From: a virus
Taxonomy: Duplodnaviria > Caudoviricetes
Length of the DNA: 43,937 bases
IMG/VR virus record: IMGVR_UViG_3300048856_000037
Location: 1 to 43,937 of that record
Strand: one strand, 5' to 3'
Shown here one piece after another: positions 17,497 through 27,414 of this stretch (its first letter is position 1; every line of letters begins with the position of its first letter). The notes under the pieces were generated by a model. It searched no databases, had not been told where the DNA came from, and worked only from the letters and a program-made list of their open reading frames with translations. Both the position numbers and the translations under genes were made by a program.

Positions 17497-17697
17497 GTGC
17501 TGAACCTCGGCAAGGACTTCGACGACGCCGTGCTCACCGCGGCCGGCATCGACCCGGACGCAGCGCAGCCCGGCACCGTCCAGATCGACGCGCTCCCCGA
17601 GACGGGCCTCGTCACCATCCGGTACACGGCCGTCACCTCCGCACCGGCCGAGACGATCCGGGACCTCATCTGCCAGGCAGCCGACACCACGTCGTGA
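17497..17697 (+). CDS. Hypothetical protein
   Basis: AGGAGG RBS before GTG. Confidence 0.6.
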   Translation: MLNLGKDFDDAVLTAAGIDPDAAQPGTVQIDALPETGLVTIRYTAVTSAPAETIRDLICQAADTTS

Positions 17698-17707
17698 GGA
17701 GCAGACC

Positions 17708-17968
17708 ATGGCGAGCAACCCCGCACACATCGACGCCGTCGCCGATCCCCGGCCCGGCAGCCGCGGATACCTCAAGTGGTTCTGGACCCGAGGCCCTGGC
17801 CTCGCGAAGTGGCGGCTCAGCCCGCACCCGTGGACCGCGTTGAAGCGTGAGCTGCGCGGGAAGGTGCCGGCGGCGTACCTCGACGCGACGGTCTCGAAGT
17901 GGTTCGAGGACGTGTTCGGTTACCCGTCTGGCGCCCGCAAGGGCAAGAACCCCGTCGGGAAGGGCTGA
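17708..17968 (+). CDS. Small Trp-rich basic hypothetical protein
   Basis: GAGGAG RBS; LKWFWTRGPGLAKW...HPWTAL. Confidence 0.65.
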   Translation: MASNPAHIDAVADPRPGSRGYLKWFWTRGPGLAKWRLSPHPWTALKRELRGKVPAAYLDATVSKWFEDVFGYPSGARKGKNPVGKG

Positions 17969-17978
17969 CGCCGTGACG

Positions 17979-18404
17979 ATGGTCGCTCGCTTCCGTGTCG
18001 CCACCCGAGCGTCCGGCCGCCGCCGCCAGGTGTATGTCCACGTCTACGACGACCAGCAGCAGATGGCTCGGGCACACACGGAGGCGCGCGGCCGCGAGTA
18101 CGACCCCGTCGACGACATCGGCGGGGGTATGGCGACGCAGACCTCGTCTGGGTTTTCCTGGCCGGCGCCTGACCCGGGACCGGTCCTCGTCATCCGCCTG
18201 TGGACGGGGCAGCTCACCACGCGCACGATCGCTCACGAGGCGACGCACGCGGCTGCGGTGATCTACTTCCTCGACGTCATGGCCGGGTGGGACTCACGAG
18301 CCCGCGGCATTCTCCTCGGCAACCACGAGCCGATGGCGTACGCGGTCGGCGACATCACCGCGGACATCATCGCTGCGCTCTACCTGCACCGGCTCCTGCC
18401 GTGA
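17979..18404 (+). CDS. Putative zinc metallopeptidase
   Basis: IAHEATHAA (HExxH) and downstream EPMAY; start uncertain (17973 or 17979). Confidence 0.55.
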   Translation: MVARFRVATRASGRRRQVYVHVYDDQQQMARAHTEARGREYDPVDDIGGGMATQTSSGFSWPAPDPGPVLVIRLWTGQLTTRTIAHEATHAAAVIYFLDVMAGWDSRARGILLGNHEPMAYAVGDITADIIAALYLHRLLP

Positions 18405-18757
18405 CCGGCTGGTCTGGCAGCACCCGCCGAGTGACCCTGCCCGCCGACTGGGAGCATCGGCGGCTCGTCGTCCTCGAGCGCGACCAGTACCAGTGCCAGC
18501 ACGAGCGTGCTGACACCGGTGAGATCTGCGGCCTGTACGCCACCGACGTTGACCACGCCGGCGACGACCGCAACGACCACCGCATCGAGAAGCTGCGCGC
18601 TCTATGCCCCTGGCACCACCTGCGTCGCTCCGGTCAGCAAGGCGGGCAGGCATCGCAGGCAGCCCGCCGCGCCCGAGAGGCAGCGGCCGCACCGAAGCAC
18701 CCGGGCGTCCTCGACACCCCACTCCGACCACGAGCGGACGATCCTCCGCCGTTTTAG
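18401..18757 (+). CDS. HNH endonuclease (packaging-associated type)
   Basis: LPADW..RR..VLERD...CQ...C...ATDVDH...LRALCPWHH; upstream of terminase. Confidence 0.85.
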   Translation: MTGWSGSTRRVTLPADWEHRRLVVLERDQYQCQHERADTGEICGLYATDVDHAGDDRNDHRIEKLRALCPWHHLRRSGQQGGQASQAARRAREAAAAPKHPGVLDTPLRPRADDPPPF

Positions 18758-18770
18758 CCGAGGGAGCAGC

Positions 18771-19223
18771 ATGCCGATCCCTACTCGCGTCACCGAGCGC
18801 GCAGCGACGCGGTACGAGGTCGACGAGAACGGTTGCTGGATCAGCACCTACTCGACTGGCTCGCACGGCTACGCGCAGATCGGTTGGCAGGACGGCGAGG
18901 AGCGCACCATGGTCCTCGCGCACCGAGCTGCGTGGGAGTACCACCACGGCACCGAGCCGGAGGGCACGGTTGACCACACCTGCCACGTCCGCCCGTGCGT
19001 GAACCCGGCGCACCTGCGGGATCTGCCGAACGTTGAGAACGCCCGGCGCAACAGCCTGGAGAACGAGTACCCGCTCGGGGAGTCCTGCAAGCGGGACCAC
19101 GACCCGAAGCTCCGCGTGCCCCGCCGAAAGCAGGGGCGCGTCACTCTCACCTGCAAGGGATGCGAGCGCATCTGGCAGCAGGCCAAGCGGGCGCGTCGAG
19201 CGACCCGAGCCGTAACGATCTGA
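18771..19223 (+). CDS. HNH (His-Me finger) endonuclease
   Basis: GCW...GY..I...AHR.AW...VDHTC..RPCVNPAHL....N.EN; C-terminal CKRDH/CKGC. Confidence 0.85.
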   Translation: MPIPTRVTERAATRYEVDENGCWISTYSTGSHGYAQIGWQDGEERTMVLAHRAAWEYHHGTEPEGTVDHTCHVRPCVNPAHLRDLPNVENARRNSLENEYPLGESCKRDHDPKLRVPRRKQGRVTLTCKGCERIWQQAKRARRATRAVTI

Positions 19224-19233
19224 GGAGAACACC

Positions 19234-19545
19234 ATGGCCGAGCAGACCAGCACCGAGACCAAGTTCACCGTCGCGCGGAAGGGCGTCGCGATCACCGCGC
19301 TCCGCCCGAACCTGCAGAACGCACAGGCGGACCTCCGCGCCATCGAGGCGAGCATGCGTTCTTCGTACCTCGAGCCCGACGTCGAGGTGTCGACGGTGAC
19401 CGTGAAGACCATCGTCTCCGACCCGACCCCGTACGTCGAGCCGGCCGTCGCCGTCGACGAGCCTGTCGATCCGGACGCCGAGAAGCAGGACGACGAAGCG
19501 CCCGCCGAGAAGGCGCCGGCGGACACGAAGAAGGCGAGCCGCTGA
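19234..19545 (+). CDS. Hypothetical protein
   Basis: GAGGAG RBS; GC3-rich codons. Confidence 0.65.
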   Translation: MAEQTSTETKFTVARKGVAITALRPNLQNAQADLRAIEASMRSSYLEPDVEVSTVTVKTIVSDPTPYVEPAVAVDEPVDPDAEKQDDEAPAEKAPADTKKASR

Positions 19546-19769
19546 TGGCGCGCATTCAGGTCCTCGAGCTCCCGACGAAGGTGGTCGGTGAGTACGCCGA
19601 GACGCCGTTCGTCATCGTGGTCGACCAGGTCGAGGTGACCGCCGAGGTGGAGGCGCACGACGGCACCGTGCTCCGTCACACCGTCGAGCCGGTCGACGCC
19701 GCTGCGATCAAGGACGCGACCGGCGCGGTCGGCGTCCTCGTGCACACCGGGACCCTCGACGTCGCATGA
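19545..19769 (+). CDS. Hypothetical protein
   Basis: TGATG coupling. Confidence 0.6.
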   Translation: MARIQVLELPTKVVGEYAETPFVIVVDQVEVTAEVEAHDGTVLRHTVEPVDAAAIKDATGAVGVLVHTGTLDVA

Positions 19770-19972
19770 GCGCTCTCACCGTCACCTGGCCGTGCACGCA
19801 CTGCGACGTGCAGGTCCCGCTCCCCGCGACGATCAAGAGCAGCGGCACCACCCGCGACGACAGCGGCAAGGCAATCGGCATCACGCTGACGCCCGAGGTC
19901 GACACCGCACCTGCGATCGCACACCTGGTCGACGCGCACCTGGTGGCCGAGACGTGGACGCCGACGACCTGA
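19766..19972 (+). CDS. Hypothetical small Zn-binding protein
   Basis: ATGA coupling; CTHC ... HLVDAH. Confidence 0.55.
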   Translation: MSALTVTWPCTHCDVQVPLPATIKSSGTTRDDSGKAIGITLTPEVDTAPAIAHLVDAHLVAETWTPTT

Positions 19973-20075
19973 GCGCACACCGCACGCGCACGAACCGCAA
20001 GCCCGGCCCGCCCCTGCATCCCGCGACCGTCGCCGAGATCAACGATGCGATGGACGACGTCGTGCAGGACCGCGA

Positions 20076-20318
20076 CTAGATCCGGTCAGCGAGAAGCTGG
20101 AGCCAGTGCTCGACGTCACCCGCGGAGGACGCCGACACACACCCGGACGCGGACTCAACCAGATCGATCAGGTCCGCACGTCCAGTCGCGTGAACGTCCG
20201 AGCGGAGCAGGGTGAGCAGACCCCGCGCCCGCTGCCGCGTCTCGTCTGACACGTTCCCCATGTCGTAGCCACGGAAGGCCGACACGACATCCCACACACG
20301 CTCACGAGTGATCTCCAT
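20076..20318 (-). CDS. Hypothetical antisense cargo protein (80 aa, leaderless)
   Basis: ATG 6 nt after a TAGGGT -10 box. Confidence 0.55.
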   Translation of the reverse strand: MEITRERVWDVVSAFRGYDMGNVSDETRQRARGLLTLLRSDVHATGRADLIDLVESASGCVSASSAGDVEHWLQLLADRI

Positions 20319-20324
20319 GCGTGC

Positions 20325-20346
20325 ACCCTACGCACCACCACCGACA
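20325..20346 (-). promoter_or_regulatory. PafBC/RecA-NDp-type promoter
   Basis: Exact TGTCGG-N10(TGGTGGTGCG)-TAGGGT. Confidence 0.65.
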
Positions 20347-20348
20347 CA

Positions 20349-20445
20349 CCCAGGGGGTAGGGGACCCTCCCACCCCCACCACCCCACAAGACCGCTCCGC
20401 GTCCTGCTGCTCGCACTGCGCGTGGCAAGTCTGGGGGGTCTCGCC
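20349..20445. other. Probable packaging (cos/pac) region
   Basis: Non-coding G/C-run sequence between the HNH cluster and terminase small subunit; positional inference. Confidence 0.35.
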
Positions 20446-20537
20446 ACGTCTGGGCCTGCGTCAGCGGCTCGGGCATCCGTCACGGAGGCTGCCATGAGCA
20501 CGATCGCACCCGCTTCGACTGCTGTCGGGGTCCGCTG

Positions 20538-20999
20538 ATGGCGGGCCGTGGGCCTGCGCAGGGCGCGCACACTCGCGACCGATCCGGTGTCGAGCGGACG
20601 ACGCTCGTCGCCGACGGGCGCAAGCGAGGCATGCCGCTGCCGCGGGGGTACGTGAAGGACCGCGACGGCAATTCGGTGCCCTGGCATCCGGCGACGGTGC
20701 GCTGGTGGAACAACTGGCGGTCGAGCCCGCAGGCGACCCGCATGCTGACGAAGCCGGACTGGGACTTCCTCCTCGACACCGCGCTGATGCACCACGAGAT
20801 GTGGACGCGTCGGCAGTTCGATCTCGCCGCGGAGGTCCGTCTGCGCGTGCAGCAGTTCGGTGCGACGCCGGAGGCCCGGCAGCGGCTTCGCGTCGATGTA
20901 ACGGTGGACCGGCCGGCGCCGACGGAGTCCGACGTGGACGATGACGCTCCGACGGGGAACGTGTCGTCGATCGACGAGCGTCGGCAGAGGCTGGCCTGA
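20538..20999 (+). CDS. Terminase small subunit
   Basis: WHPATVRWW..WRSSPQA, DWDFLLDTA, EVRLRVQQFGATP; coupled to TerL. Confidence 0.85.
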   Translation: MAGRGPAQGAHTRDRSGVERTTLVADGRKRGMPLPRGYVKDRDGNSVPWHPATVRWWNNWRSSPQATRMLTKPDWDFLLDTALMHHEMWTRRQFDLAAEVRLRVQQFGATPEARQRLRVDVTVDRPAPTESDVDDDAPTGNVSSIDERRQRLA

Positions 21000-22738
21000 T
21001 GCCGCGCCGTCTGCTGCGAGCGGACGGTCACGACCGGAACCGCTCGCTCGGGTGGCTGGCGACGTGGTGGATCGAGACGTTTTGCGTCCACGGTCCCGGC
21101 GCCGTCATTGGCCAGCCTGTCCGGCTCACCGATGAGTACACCGGCTTCATCGTCGACTGCTACGCGCTCGATTCTCGCGGCCGTCGTCTCTACGACTCGG
21201 CGTTCTTCTCCCGGCCGAAGGGCTGCAACAAGTCCGGACTCGCGGCGGATCTCGTCATGTTCGAGGCGTTCGGCCCGGCTCGGTTTGCTGGGTTCGCGGT
21301 CGGCGGCGAGACGTACGAGTTCCTGGGGCGGACGTACGAGTACCAGCCCGGCGAGCCGATGGGGAAGCCCGTCGTCTCGCCCGACGTCCGGATCCTCGCG
21401 ACGGAGGAGGAGCAGGCCGGCAACGTCTACGCGGCGGTGTACCTGAACCTCACCGAGGAGACGGCGCCGCTGTTCCGCTACGCGCAGGCGTACGGGCTGA
21501 CGGTGAACAAGAAGGGCGTGCTCATGCCGTCCGGCGGCAGCGTGCGTCCGTCGACGTCGGGCTCGGCGTCGAAGGACGGCGGGAACGAGACGTTCGCCGT
21601 GTTCGACGAGACGCACCTGTACGTGAAGCCCGAGCTCCGGGAGATGTTCTCGACCCTGGTCCGCAACCTCGAGAAGCGGCGCGGGTCGACGGGCACCTGG
21701 TACCTCGAGACGACGACGATGTACCGGCCCGGGCAGGACTCAATCGCGGAGCAGACGTACAACGCTGCGGACCTCATCGAGGAGGGACGGCTGCTGGTGA
21801 ACCGGCAGCTGTTCGACCACCGATGGGGTGAGATCAAGTCGCTGCGCGACCCGATCGTCCCGTCGACGGAGGAGTCCCGCCGCTGGCACATCGAGAACCT
21901 GCAGCACGCGTTCCGGGAGGCGTACGGCGACGCCCTCGAGTGGAACGACCTCGAGTCGCTCGTGAACGGCGTCTTCAACCCGATGCGGAAGGAGTCCGAC
22001 ACCCGTCGGTACTTCCTCAACGCGCTGACGTCGTCGACGGATGCGTGGGTGCCGGTCGAGTCGTGGTCGGCGCGGAACATCATCACGCTGATCAAGTCCG
22101 GCGAGGCGCAGGGGTTCCTGGCGCCGGCCGCGGGCGACATGATCACGCTCGGCTTCGACGGTGCCCGGTCGAACGACGCGACGGCGCTCGTCGCGTGCCG
22201 GGTGTCCGACCACCATCTGTTCCCGCTGCTCATCCGTGAGCAGCCGGACGGACCCGAGGGTGAGAACTGGACGGTCGACCGTGACGAGTTCGACGCCGAG
22301 GTGCGTCGCGCCTTCGCGCGGTACACAGTCGTCGGGTTCTACGCGGACCCGCCGTACTGGCTTGAGCTCGTCAACGCGTGGGAGCGGGACTTCGGCGACG
22401 AGCTGCTCGTGCACGCCAGCGGAAGCGAGTCGATCCGGTACTGGACGAAGCACACCACCCGGATCGCGATGTCGCTCGAGCTGCTGCAGACGGCGATCGC
22501 CGACGGGACGATGACGCACGCCGGCCACAAGGCGATGACGCGGCACTTCCTCAACGCGAGGGTGTGGCGGCGCACGGGCGGCGACGTCATCGGCAAGGAG
22601 ACGAAGAACAGCGTCCGGAAGATCGACGCTGCGATGGCCGGCACGCTCGCGTTCCAGGCGGCCGTGGACTACGAGTACCGGGGCAAGCAGCCTGCGGCGG
22701 ATGAACCGGAGACGGCGGTGCCGGTCCGAATCAGGTGA
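20999..22738 (+). CDS. Terminase large subunit
   Basis: SRPKGCNKS (Walker A), VFDETH (Walker B), LGFDGA...DAT, KIDAAMA. Confidence 0.92.
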   Translation: MPRRLLRADGHDRNRSLGWLATWWIETFCVHGPGAVIGQPVRLTDEYTGFIVDCYALDSRGRRLYDSAFFSRPKGCNKSGLAADLVMFEAFGPARFAGFAVGGETYEFLGRTYEYQPGEPMGKPVVSPDVRILATEEEQAGNVYAAVYLNLTEETAPLFRYAQAYGLTVNKKGVLMPSGGSVRPSTSGSASKDGGNETFAVFDETHLYVKPELREMFSTLVRNLEKRRGSTGTWYLETTTMYRPGQDSIAEQTYNAADLIEEGRLLVNRQLFDHRWGEIKSLRDPIVPSTEESRRWHIENLQHAFREAYGDALEWNDLESLVNGVFNPMRKESDTRRYFLNALTSSTDAWVPVESWSARNIITLIKSGEAQGFLAPAAGDMITLGFDGARSNDATALVACRVSDHHLFPLLIREQPDGPEGENWTVDRDEFDAEVRRAFARYTVVGFYADPPYWLELVNAWERDFGDELLVHASGSESIRYWTKHTTRIAMSLELLQTAIADGTMTHAGHKAMTRHFLNARVWRRTGGDVIGKETKNSVRKIDAAMAGTLAFQAAVDYEYRGKQPAADEPETAVPVRIR

Positions 22739-22748
22739 GGAGGGTCCG

Positions 22749-24152
22749 ATGCTGACCGAGACGAGCGTCACAGGGTCCGACGACTGGCGGCTGATGCGCC
22801 TCGCGACGAAGCTCGGGAAGGGCCTCCCGCGGATGGCGCTGCTGCGCTCGTTCTCGGACGGGTCCCGCTTCGTCCCGGCCGGGGTGTCCGGCGTGAACGC
22901 GCAGGCGATGCTCACGATCGTGAAGCAGGCCCGGCTGAACACCGCCGAGCTGATCTCGGGATCGCTGGTCGACCGGCAGACGGCGCTCGGATTCCGCACC
23001 GCGGCGCCCGGCGACGACACCGGCGACGCGCTCGCGCTGGGGAACTGGAACCGGTCGCACATGGCGGTCCGGTCGAAGGAGCTCCTGCGCGACGTCGCCG
23101 ACTACGGGCGTGCCTACGTGCTCACCACGGGGCCGTCTCGGCCGTCGGCAGACGCGAAGCCGATGTTCCTCCCGTCGAACGGCTGGACGACCGCCACGGA
23201 GCAGTACGCGACCGCACCGTGGCTGACGGAGGACGCCGTCGTGGTCGGGTACGACGCGATCAACCGTGCCGACGTCATGACGCTGTTCCGCCCCGGCTAC
23301 ATGCGGGTGGCGTACCGGCCGACCCCGGTCCCGACGCTGCCGAACGACGGCACCCCGTGGTCGCCAGGCGGCGGCTGGTCGTGGGCGACGGACCCGATGC
23401 CGCTGGGATTCACCGCGGAGAACCCGATCGTCGAGCACTCGGCGCCGGGCGGCTTCGGCGAGTACGAGAAGCACCTCGACTCGATCGACCGCATCAACTC
23501 GGTGACGCGTGACCGGCTCGTCATCATCGCGATGCAGGCGTTCCGCCAGCGGGCGATCGAGGGCAGCCTGCCGACGCACTACCCGGCCGACTACCCGGAC
23601 CTCACGCTCCGCGGTCAGCGGATCGACTACAACGAGGTGTTCGCCGGCGGCCCGGCCGCACTGTGGCTGCTCGGCGGCGACGCGAAGATCTGGGAGTCGA
23701 ACCCGACCGACATCACGCAGCTACTCACCGCAGGCAAGGACGACAAGCGCGACCTCGCCGCGGTGACGTCAACGCCGGTGTACCTGCTCAACCCGGACGC
23801 GACGAACGGATCCGCGGAGGGCGCCGCGCTGGCGCGCGAGGCGTTCTCGTTCAAGGTGAAGGACCGCAACAACCGCGCGGGTGCATCGTTCGCCCTCGAG
23901 CAGTCCCTTGCGTTCCAGGGCCTCGCCGACACCCTCCGCGCGGACGCCGCGCAGGTGGAGACGATCTGGGCGCCGGTCAACCTCGAGTCGATCAACCAGC
24001 GCGCGACCGCGGCTCAGGCCGCGAAGCAGTCGGGTGTCTCGCAGGCGTACATCAACCGCTCCGTGTGGGGCATGACGCCGTCGGAGATCGCGCAGGAGAT
24101 CACCGACCGCAATCAGGAGCAGTTCGACATGACGTCTGAGACGGCGGCCTGA
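22749..24152 (+). CDS. Portal protein
   Basis: ~467 aa after TerL; LDSIDRIN, AFRQRAI; RBS before ATG 22749. Confidence 0.85.
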   Translation: MLTETSVTGSDDWRLMRLATKLGKGLPRMALLRSFSDGSRFVPAGVSGVNAQAMLTIVKQARLNTAELISGSLVDRQTALGFRTAAPGDDTGDALALGNWNRSHMAVRSKELLRDVADYGRAYVLTTGPSRPSADAKPMFLPSNGWTTATEQYATAPWLTEDAVVVGYDAINRADVMTLFRPGYMRVAYRPTPVPTLPNDGTPWSPGGGWSWATDPMPLGFTAENPIVEHSAPGGFGEYEKHLDSIDRINSVTRDRLVIIAMQAFRQRAIEGSLPTHYPADYPDLTLRGQRIDYNEVFAGGPAALWLLGGDAKIWESNPTDITQLLTAGKDDKRDLAAVTSTPVYLLNPDATNGSAEGAALAREAFSFKVKDRNNRAGASFALEQSLAFQGLADTLRADAAQVETIWAPVNLESINQRATAAQAAKQSGVSQAYINRSVWGMTPSEIAQEITDRNQEQFDMTSETAA

Positions 24153-25225
24153 TGGCGCTGACGACGAGGCAGGCGGGCAGCCTGTCGGACCGTCACGCGT
24201 CGCAGCGGGACTCGCTGATCGGGAAGCTGCTCGCGGCCATCCTGCAGATCTGGTCCGGCGTCGGGAACTTCCACGACGACGACGAGATCGGGTCGGCGGC
24301 GGCCGCGTCCGCGTACCGGGTCATGCAGGCGCAGAAGCAGGCGCGACGGCTGGTGCGGTCGTACCAGACGAGCGTGCTCACGGCGATGGACGCGCTCGAG
24401 CGTTTCCCGGCCGAGGTCGACTACTACCCGCGGTCGGGGACGACGGCGCTGGACGTGTACCAGCGTCCGGCGTCGCAGGCGATCTACGCCTACTCGAAAG
24501 GCGGCACGGTCGAGGACGCACGGCAGGCCGTGCGCGATCGCCTCGAGCTGCTGCTCCACGAGGACATCATGCTCGCGGAGCGCGACGAGGAACAGCGCAT
24601 CTACGAGGCTGTGCCGCGCGTCGTCGGCTACCGCCGGGTGATTCACCCGGAGCGGTCGAGAACGGGCACCTGCGGACTCTGCGCCGTCGCTGCGACACAG
24701 CGGTACCGGACGGACGAGCTGAGGCCGCTGCACGACGGCTGCGAGTGCGGGTCCCTGCCGATCGTCGGCACGGAGGATCCCGGCCAGGTGCTGAACAGCG
24801 AGGACCTCGAGCAGCTGTACGCGGCTGCCGGGCAGGCGACGGCCATCGGTGGCCATCAGCCTGCGAAGGATCGGTCGACGGCACGCGAGGACCTGCTGAA
24901 CGTCCGAGTGACGGTGAACGAGCACGGCGAGAAGGGCCCCGTCCTGGTGAAGCAGGGCGACCGGTTCCGGACGCACTCGGAGGCCGGGGCACCGGCGTTC
25001 CAGAAGCCGACCCCAGACGTGATCCGCGCACGGAAGACGCATGCGTACGACCAGGCCGCCGGCGAGCTCGCAGACGCCCGCCAGCGCCTCGCTGAGGTGC
25101 AGGCGTCTCACGCGAACGACGGCACCGACACCCCACGCGAGCAAGTCGTGCTCGCACAGCGCGTGAAGAACCTCACGAGCCTGCTCCGGTCCGTCGAGGC
25201 CGACCTCGCCCGATCCGATTCCTGA
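24152..25225 (+). CDS. MuF-like minor head protein
   Basis: GYRRV...TCGLC...PLHDGCEC; between portal and scaffold. Confidence 0.7.
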   Translation: MALTTRQAGSLSDRHASQRDSLIGKLLAAILQIWSGVGNFHDDDEIGSAAAASAYRVMQAQKQARRLVRSYQTSVLTAMDALERFPAEVDYYPRSGTTALDVYQRPASQAIYAYSKGGTVEDARQAVRDRLELLLHEDIMLAERDEEQRIYEAVPRVVGYRRVIHPERSRTGTCGLCAVAATQRYRTDELRPLHDGCECGSLPIVGTEDPGQVLNSEDLEQLYAAAGQATAIGGHQPAKDRSTAREDLLNVRVTVNEHGEKGPVLVKQGDRFRTHSEAGAPAFQKPTPDVIRARKTHAYDQAAGELADARQRLAEVQASHANDGTDTPREQVVLAQRVKNLTSLLRSVEADLARSDS

Positions 25226-25275
25226 CCACGGCCGCCCGACACGGGTAGCCACCTCTCGACACGAAGGACACCACC

Positions 25276-25914
25276 ATGAAGTTCGACTCGTTCGGCCGAC
25301 CCATTCTCTGCATGCCCCGCCTCCGCTTCGTCGAAGGCGGCGAGAACGGGGGAGGCGAGCAGCCCCAGACTGGGTTCCCCGCGGACACTCCCGTCGCGGA
25401 GATGACGTCCGAGCAGCAGCTCGCGTACTGGAAGCACCAGTCGCGGAAGCACGAGCGCCGCGCCGACGAGCGCAAGGACTACGACCAGCTGAAGACCGCG
25501 GCCGAGGAGCTCGCCGCGCTGAAGGCGGCCAGCCAGACCGACGCTGAGCGGGCGCTCGAGGAGGCCCGCGAGGAGGCCCGCCGTGAGGGCGAGAACATCG
25601 GCGCCGAGCGCTACCTCGCCGACGCCGTCAAGGCACGCTTCCAGCACCTCACCAAGAAGAGCGACGACGAGGTCGACAAGGCGTTCGCACGCCTGAACGT
25701 CCGCTCCTTCCTCACCGACCAGGGCGAGATCGACACCGCCGCCCTGACCGAGTTCGCGGGCATCGTCGGTGCCTCGGCGGACCACCAGACGCCTCCGACC
25801 GACCCCGTGCGGGCCGCGATGGAGCGACAGCAGCAGACCCCCGGCGCCACGTCGGGCGGCTCGATCGCGGAGATGGCACGTCAACGCGTGGCCGAGCTGC
25901 AGGGCAAGAACTAA
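25276..25914 (+). CDS. Capsid scaffolding protein
   Basis: YWKHQSRKHE, charged coiled coil; position. Confidence 0.8.
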   Translation: MKFDSFGRPILCMPRLRFVEGGENGGGEQPQTGFPADTPVAEMTSEQQLAYWKHQSRKHERRADERKDYDQLKTAAEELAALKAASQTDAERALEEAREEARREGENIGAERYLADAVKARFQHLTKKSDDEVDKAFARLNVRSFLTDQGEIDTAALTEFAGIVGASADHQTPPTDPVRAAMERQQQTPGATSGGSIAEMARQRVAELQGKN

Positions 25915-25941
25915 CCCACTCTCACCAGAAAGGAGATCCCC

Positions 25942-26355
25942 ATGGATCTCGGCATCACCACGGTGTCGACGGGTGGCTCGGACCAGTCCTGGCTCGCGGC
26001 CGCGCACGGCCTCGGCGACGGTCAGCCGCGCACCCTCGACACCACGAAGTTCACCGCCGGCACGCACTACAACGCCTCGACGAAGGTCATCCCGTCGGGC
26101 GTCGCGCTCGGCATCGTGACCGCGACGGGCCTCGCCGGTCCGTTCGACGCGACCGCGACCGACGGCCGCGAGGTGCTCGACAGCTACCTCATCGCGGACG
26201 AGCCGATCGGCCGTTCCGACGGTTCGGTCGCACCGACCCCGATCGTGGGCGTCGGCGTGCACCTGCTCATCCACCAGAACCGCCTGCCCGTCGTGGCTCA
26301 GCGGACCACCGTCGAGGACGCCGAGACCACCGGCGTCTTCTCCTACCAGGACTAG
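25942..26355 (+). CDS. Head decoration protein
   Basis: DQSWL...HG; IPSGVALG...GPFD..ATDGRE; AAGGAG RBS; precedes capsid gene. Confidence 0.75.
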   Translation: MDLGITTVSTGGSDQSWLAAAHGLGDGQPRTLDTTKFTAGTHYNASTKVIPSGVALGIVTATGLAGPFDATATDGREVLDSYLIADEPIGRSDGSVAPTPIVGVGVHLLIHQNRLPVVAQRTTVEDAETTGVFSYQD

Positions 26356-26367
26356 GAGCGCCTGAAC

Positions 26368-27414
26368 ATGGATTACGACCCCTCAGTCCTGACGGCCGCG
26401 CAGGTCACCGCCGAGGCGCGGGCCGCGCAGGTCGTCGCCTCGCCGGCGTTCTCGCTGGCGCAGTACCTCCCCGACCGGACGAACGACTCGCTGTCGTTCA
26501 ACTTCGACGCGTCGCAGACGTCGCTGCCCCAGGCAGCGTCGTACCGAGCGTTCGACGCGACGGCTGACTTCGGTTCGACCGAGGGCACGCAGTCGCGATC
26601 GGGCCGGATCCCCCCGATCAGCCGCATGCTGCGTGTCGACGAGTTCGACACGCTCGTGCAGCAGATCGACGGCGGCCCGATCCTCGAGAACACCTACCGC
26701 TCCTACGCGCGTCGCATCGCGGGTCAGATCCAGACCCGCGTGGAGCTCGCACGAGGCCAGGCGCTCGAGTTCGGTCAGGTCACGCTCGACGAGCGGCGCC
26801 TGAAGGTCACGATCGACTTCGGCCGCAAGGCGTCCCACTCGGTCACGGCCGCCACTCTGTGGTCGAACCCGGCAGCCGACATCCTCGGTGACCTGACGGC
26901 GTGGAACGCGGTCTACACGGCGTCGAACGGCAGCACGTGGGCGGACGTCCTGGTCTCGACGCAGATCGCGACCTACATGCAGCGCAACACGGGGATCATC
27001 ACCGCTGCGCTCGGCCGCACCGACAGCCTGCCGCCGATCGTCTCCCGCGACGCCGTGCAGCAGGTCCTGGACGCCTTCGGACTCGGTCGCGTCGTCGTCA
27101 ACGACGAGCAGGCCGTCGGCACGAACGGCGCCGCCAAGCGAGTCATCTCGGCGAACAAGGTGGTGTTCCTCCCGTCGACGTCGAGCATCTCGCTCTCCGG
27201 CGACGGCGGCACCGCCCTGGGCGGCGTCGACTGGGGCATCACGGCCGAGTCCGTGAGCCCGAAGTACGGCATCACCGCCGCCGAGCGCGCCGGCATCTTC
27301 GGCGGCGTGTTCTCCGACAACAACCCCGAGGGCCGTTACGTGCTCCTCTCGGCCACCGCGCTGCCGGTGCTCGAGAAGGCGAACGCGACCTTCGTGGCAC
27401 AGGTGGCCGCCTGA
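26368..27414 (+). CDS. Major capsid protein (lambda gpE-like)
   Basis: A.YRAFDA, PPIS, RVELARGQAL..G, IDFGR, WS...ADI.GDL..W, ALPVL. Confidence 0.85.
   Translation: MDYDPSVLTAAQVTAEARAAQVVASPAFSLAQYLPDRTNDSLSFNFDASQTSLPQAASYRAFDATADFGSTEGTQSRSGRIPPISRMLRVDEFDTLVQQIDGGPILENTYRSYARRIAGQIQTRVELARGQALEFGQVTLDERRLKVTIDFGRKASHSVTAATLWSNPAADILGDLTAWNAVYTASNGSTWADVLVSTQIATYMQRNTGIITAALGRTDSLPPIVSRDAVQQVLDAFGLGRVVVNDEQAVGTNGAAKRVISANKVVFLPSTSSISLSGDGGTALGGVDWGITAESVSPKYGITAAERAGIFGGVFSDNNPEGRYVLLSATALPVLEKANATFVAQVAA

Noticed and set aside
20308-20538. 76-aa plus-strand ORF
   Set aside because: Low-complexity translation of the promoter/packaging region with no RBS
24152-25225. MuF polymorphic toxin
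   Set aside because: C-terminal extension looks like a coiled coil, with no toxin motif or immunity gene downstream
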